Source: a bacterium
Lineage (GTDB): Bacteria; Cyanobacteriota; Vampirovibrionia; Gastranaerophilales; JBAXKC01
Reading direction: 5' to 3'
NCBI GenBank assembly: GCA_037137535.1
Contig: JBAXKC010000020.1
Span: 1-50,948 of the forward strand
Length of the DNA stretch: 50,948 bases
Under the pieces are notes generated by a model. That model saw only the letters and a list, made by a program, of their open reading frames with translations. It was not told the DNA's origin and did not search any database. Shown here one piece after another: positions 49,738-50,948 of this stretch. The first letter of the stretch is position 1; each line of letters starts with the position of its first letter. Made by a program: the position numbers and the translations under genes.

Positions 49738-49780
49738 AATTATCACCTTTAATCCATTATCTACTTAGTACTATAATGAT

Positions 49781-49807
49781 ATATCGGCAATTTTCTATTT
49801 TTATTTA
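49781..49807 (-). promoter_or_regulatory. Sigma-28 (FliA/SigD) consensus promoter
   Basis: Minus strand TAAA-N15-GCCGATAT, exact SigD-type consensus, 43 nt upstream of ATG 49737. Confidence 0.75.
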
Positions 49808-49841
49808 TAATTTTGGATTTATGTTTTACATTTATTAATAA

Positions 49842-50300
49842 TCATTTTTTGAAATAAGTTTTCCATTCTTCAATTGTTTTACTTGGTTTAGAGTCTGTGC
49901 TTCTTTCCTTTAATCTTTCACTCATAAAAGTTAATCTTTCTTTTATTTCCTGATCAGGAACAACTTTAAGTGTTTCTGTTATGTTCGCAATTTTTTCTAC
50001 ATGATTTTTGCCTTTGATTAAAAATGAAGGCACTTTTCCTATTGCATCAAAAAATCCGATTAATTTATCTTTTTCGGGAGTTTTATTTCCTGATTCATTT
50101 ATTATGTTTTTTGCAGTTTTACACCAGTCTTTGCCGTAACTATGTGCACAATCAGCTAAAAAGTCAGCGATTATAACACATTCTTCTTTTACAGATCCTT
50201 TAAATTTAACTTCATTTGTTTTTATAGAATCGTTTGCTTGTGTTCTTTGAATATTTCTAGTTTGAATAGGTGCTGAAAAAGTTGAATTAGTAAGTTTCAT
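49842..50300 (-). CDS. Hypothetical helical protein with VKFKG leader motif
   Basis: 152-aa ORF, AAGGA RBS. Confidence 0.75.
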   Translation of the reverse strand: MKLTNSTFSAPIQTRNIQRTQANDSIKTNEVKFKGSVKEECVIIADFLADCAHSYGKDWCKTAKNIINESGNKTPEKDKLIGFFDAIGKVPSFLIKGKNHVEKIANITETLKVVPDQEIKERLTFMSERLKERSTDSKPSKTIEEWKTYFKK

Positions 50301-50524
50301 TTAATATTCCTTTTAATTGTATTAGCTATAAGTATAAAGTAATTAAAGAATTAAAAGTGCTTAAAAGTAAAATGCTTGATATGTAATCGTTTCGAACATT
50401 CATGTTAAGATATATTAAGTGGATATGTCAAAAATATATATTAAAAGGCAATTAAGTATATATTTTTGTTTTTATATAGATGTAAGGTAAAAACAAGATA
50501 ATAAAAAGAAAAGGGGAAATAAAA

Positions 50525-50713
50525 ATGGCAAGAGTACTTATTTCAATGCCTGAAGAGTTTTTAAGCACAATCGATGAAGTTGCTGACAAAGAACAAAGAT
50601 CAAGAAGTGAACTTATAAGAGAAGCATTAAGAACCTACATACACAAATCCAAAGTTAGAGAAAACTCCGTAGCAACAAAACACGCAGCATTACTTGAAGC
50701 TTTACTAGACTAA
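50525..50713 (+). CDS. CopG/ribbon-helix-helix DNA-binding protein
   Basis: RVLISMP beta-strand then IDEVA...SRSELIREAL helices; AAGGGG RBS. Confidence 0.88.
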   Translation: MARVLISMPEEFLSTIDEVADKEQRSRSELIREALRTYIHKSKVRENSVATKHAALLEALLD

Positions 50714-50714
50714 T

Positions 50715-50948
50715 AAAAGCACAAAATTAGGCGCTACTGACAGGGAATGGGGATAAGAAAAACTGAATAGAGAAGTTAAAGAGGAATAGACAAAGCAAAG
50801 AGGAAAAAGCACAAAATTAGGCGCTACTGACTGGGAATGGGGATAAGAAAAACTGAATAGAGAAGTTAAAGAGGAATAGACAAAGCAAAGAGGAAAAAGC
50901 ACAAAATTAGGCGCTACTGACTGGGAATGGGGATAAGAAAAACTGAAT
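50715..50948 (+). repeat. 90-bp tandem repeat, at least 2.6 copies, running off the window end
   Basis: Units start at 50715, 50805 and 50895; a single A/T difference (CAGGGAAT vs CTGGGAAT) between copy 1 and copies 2-3. Confidence 0.97.

Noticed and set aside
10811-49752. Remaining short overlapping ORFs in the track (e.g. 10811, 11158, 14140, 17156, 26532, 33296-34228, 42133, 43336, 48344, 49288)
   Set aside because: Nested in or antisense to well-supported genes, without independent signals.
50715-50948. CRISPR array
   Set aside because: Whole 90-bp units are identical with no variable spacers, and no cas genes are present.

Overview
Low-GC bacterial chromosomal segment. From protein style it is most likely a non-photosynthetic cyanobacterial relative (Vampirovibrionia/Melainabacteria); this is inference only. 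Both ends run into repeats, so it may be a whole contig. Secretion and surface genes: a two-partner secretion pair (tpsB plus a >2760-aa repeat-rich tpsA that the ORF track misses and the window start truncates), a 2731-aa RTX/Ca-binding repeat protein, and a giant four-module TPR-glycosyltransferase followed by a TPR-GT2 gene. Metabolic and RNA genes: an Orn/Lys/Arg decarboxylase, ribE-ribBA-ribH, malQ, a nitroreductase, tRNA-Asn(GTT) and tRNA-Phe(GAA). Regulatory genes: two MASE3-like/HAMP/GAF histidine kinases with one OmpR/PhoB-type regulator, and a CopG-like RHH gene followed by a 90-bp purine-rich tandem repeat. There is also a pair of Cys-rich exported small proteins and several orphan genes. 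Most notable: (i) five unrelated orphan proteins (including an HExxH peptidase, a putative Cys protease and a CX5R phosphatase) share an Asn-rich N-terminal leader ending in hydrophobic-x-F-x-[G/A/S], a candidate uncharacterised export or processing signal; (ii) three sigma-28-like promoters precede non-flagellar genes; (iii) a Cys/His leader-like protein precedes a secreted metallothionein-like protein; (iv) an overlapping uORF and a 9-1-9 palindrome lie at the decarboxylase; (v) the terminal GGA-rich 90-bp array. No integrase, transposase, CRISPR or rRNA was seen.
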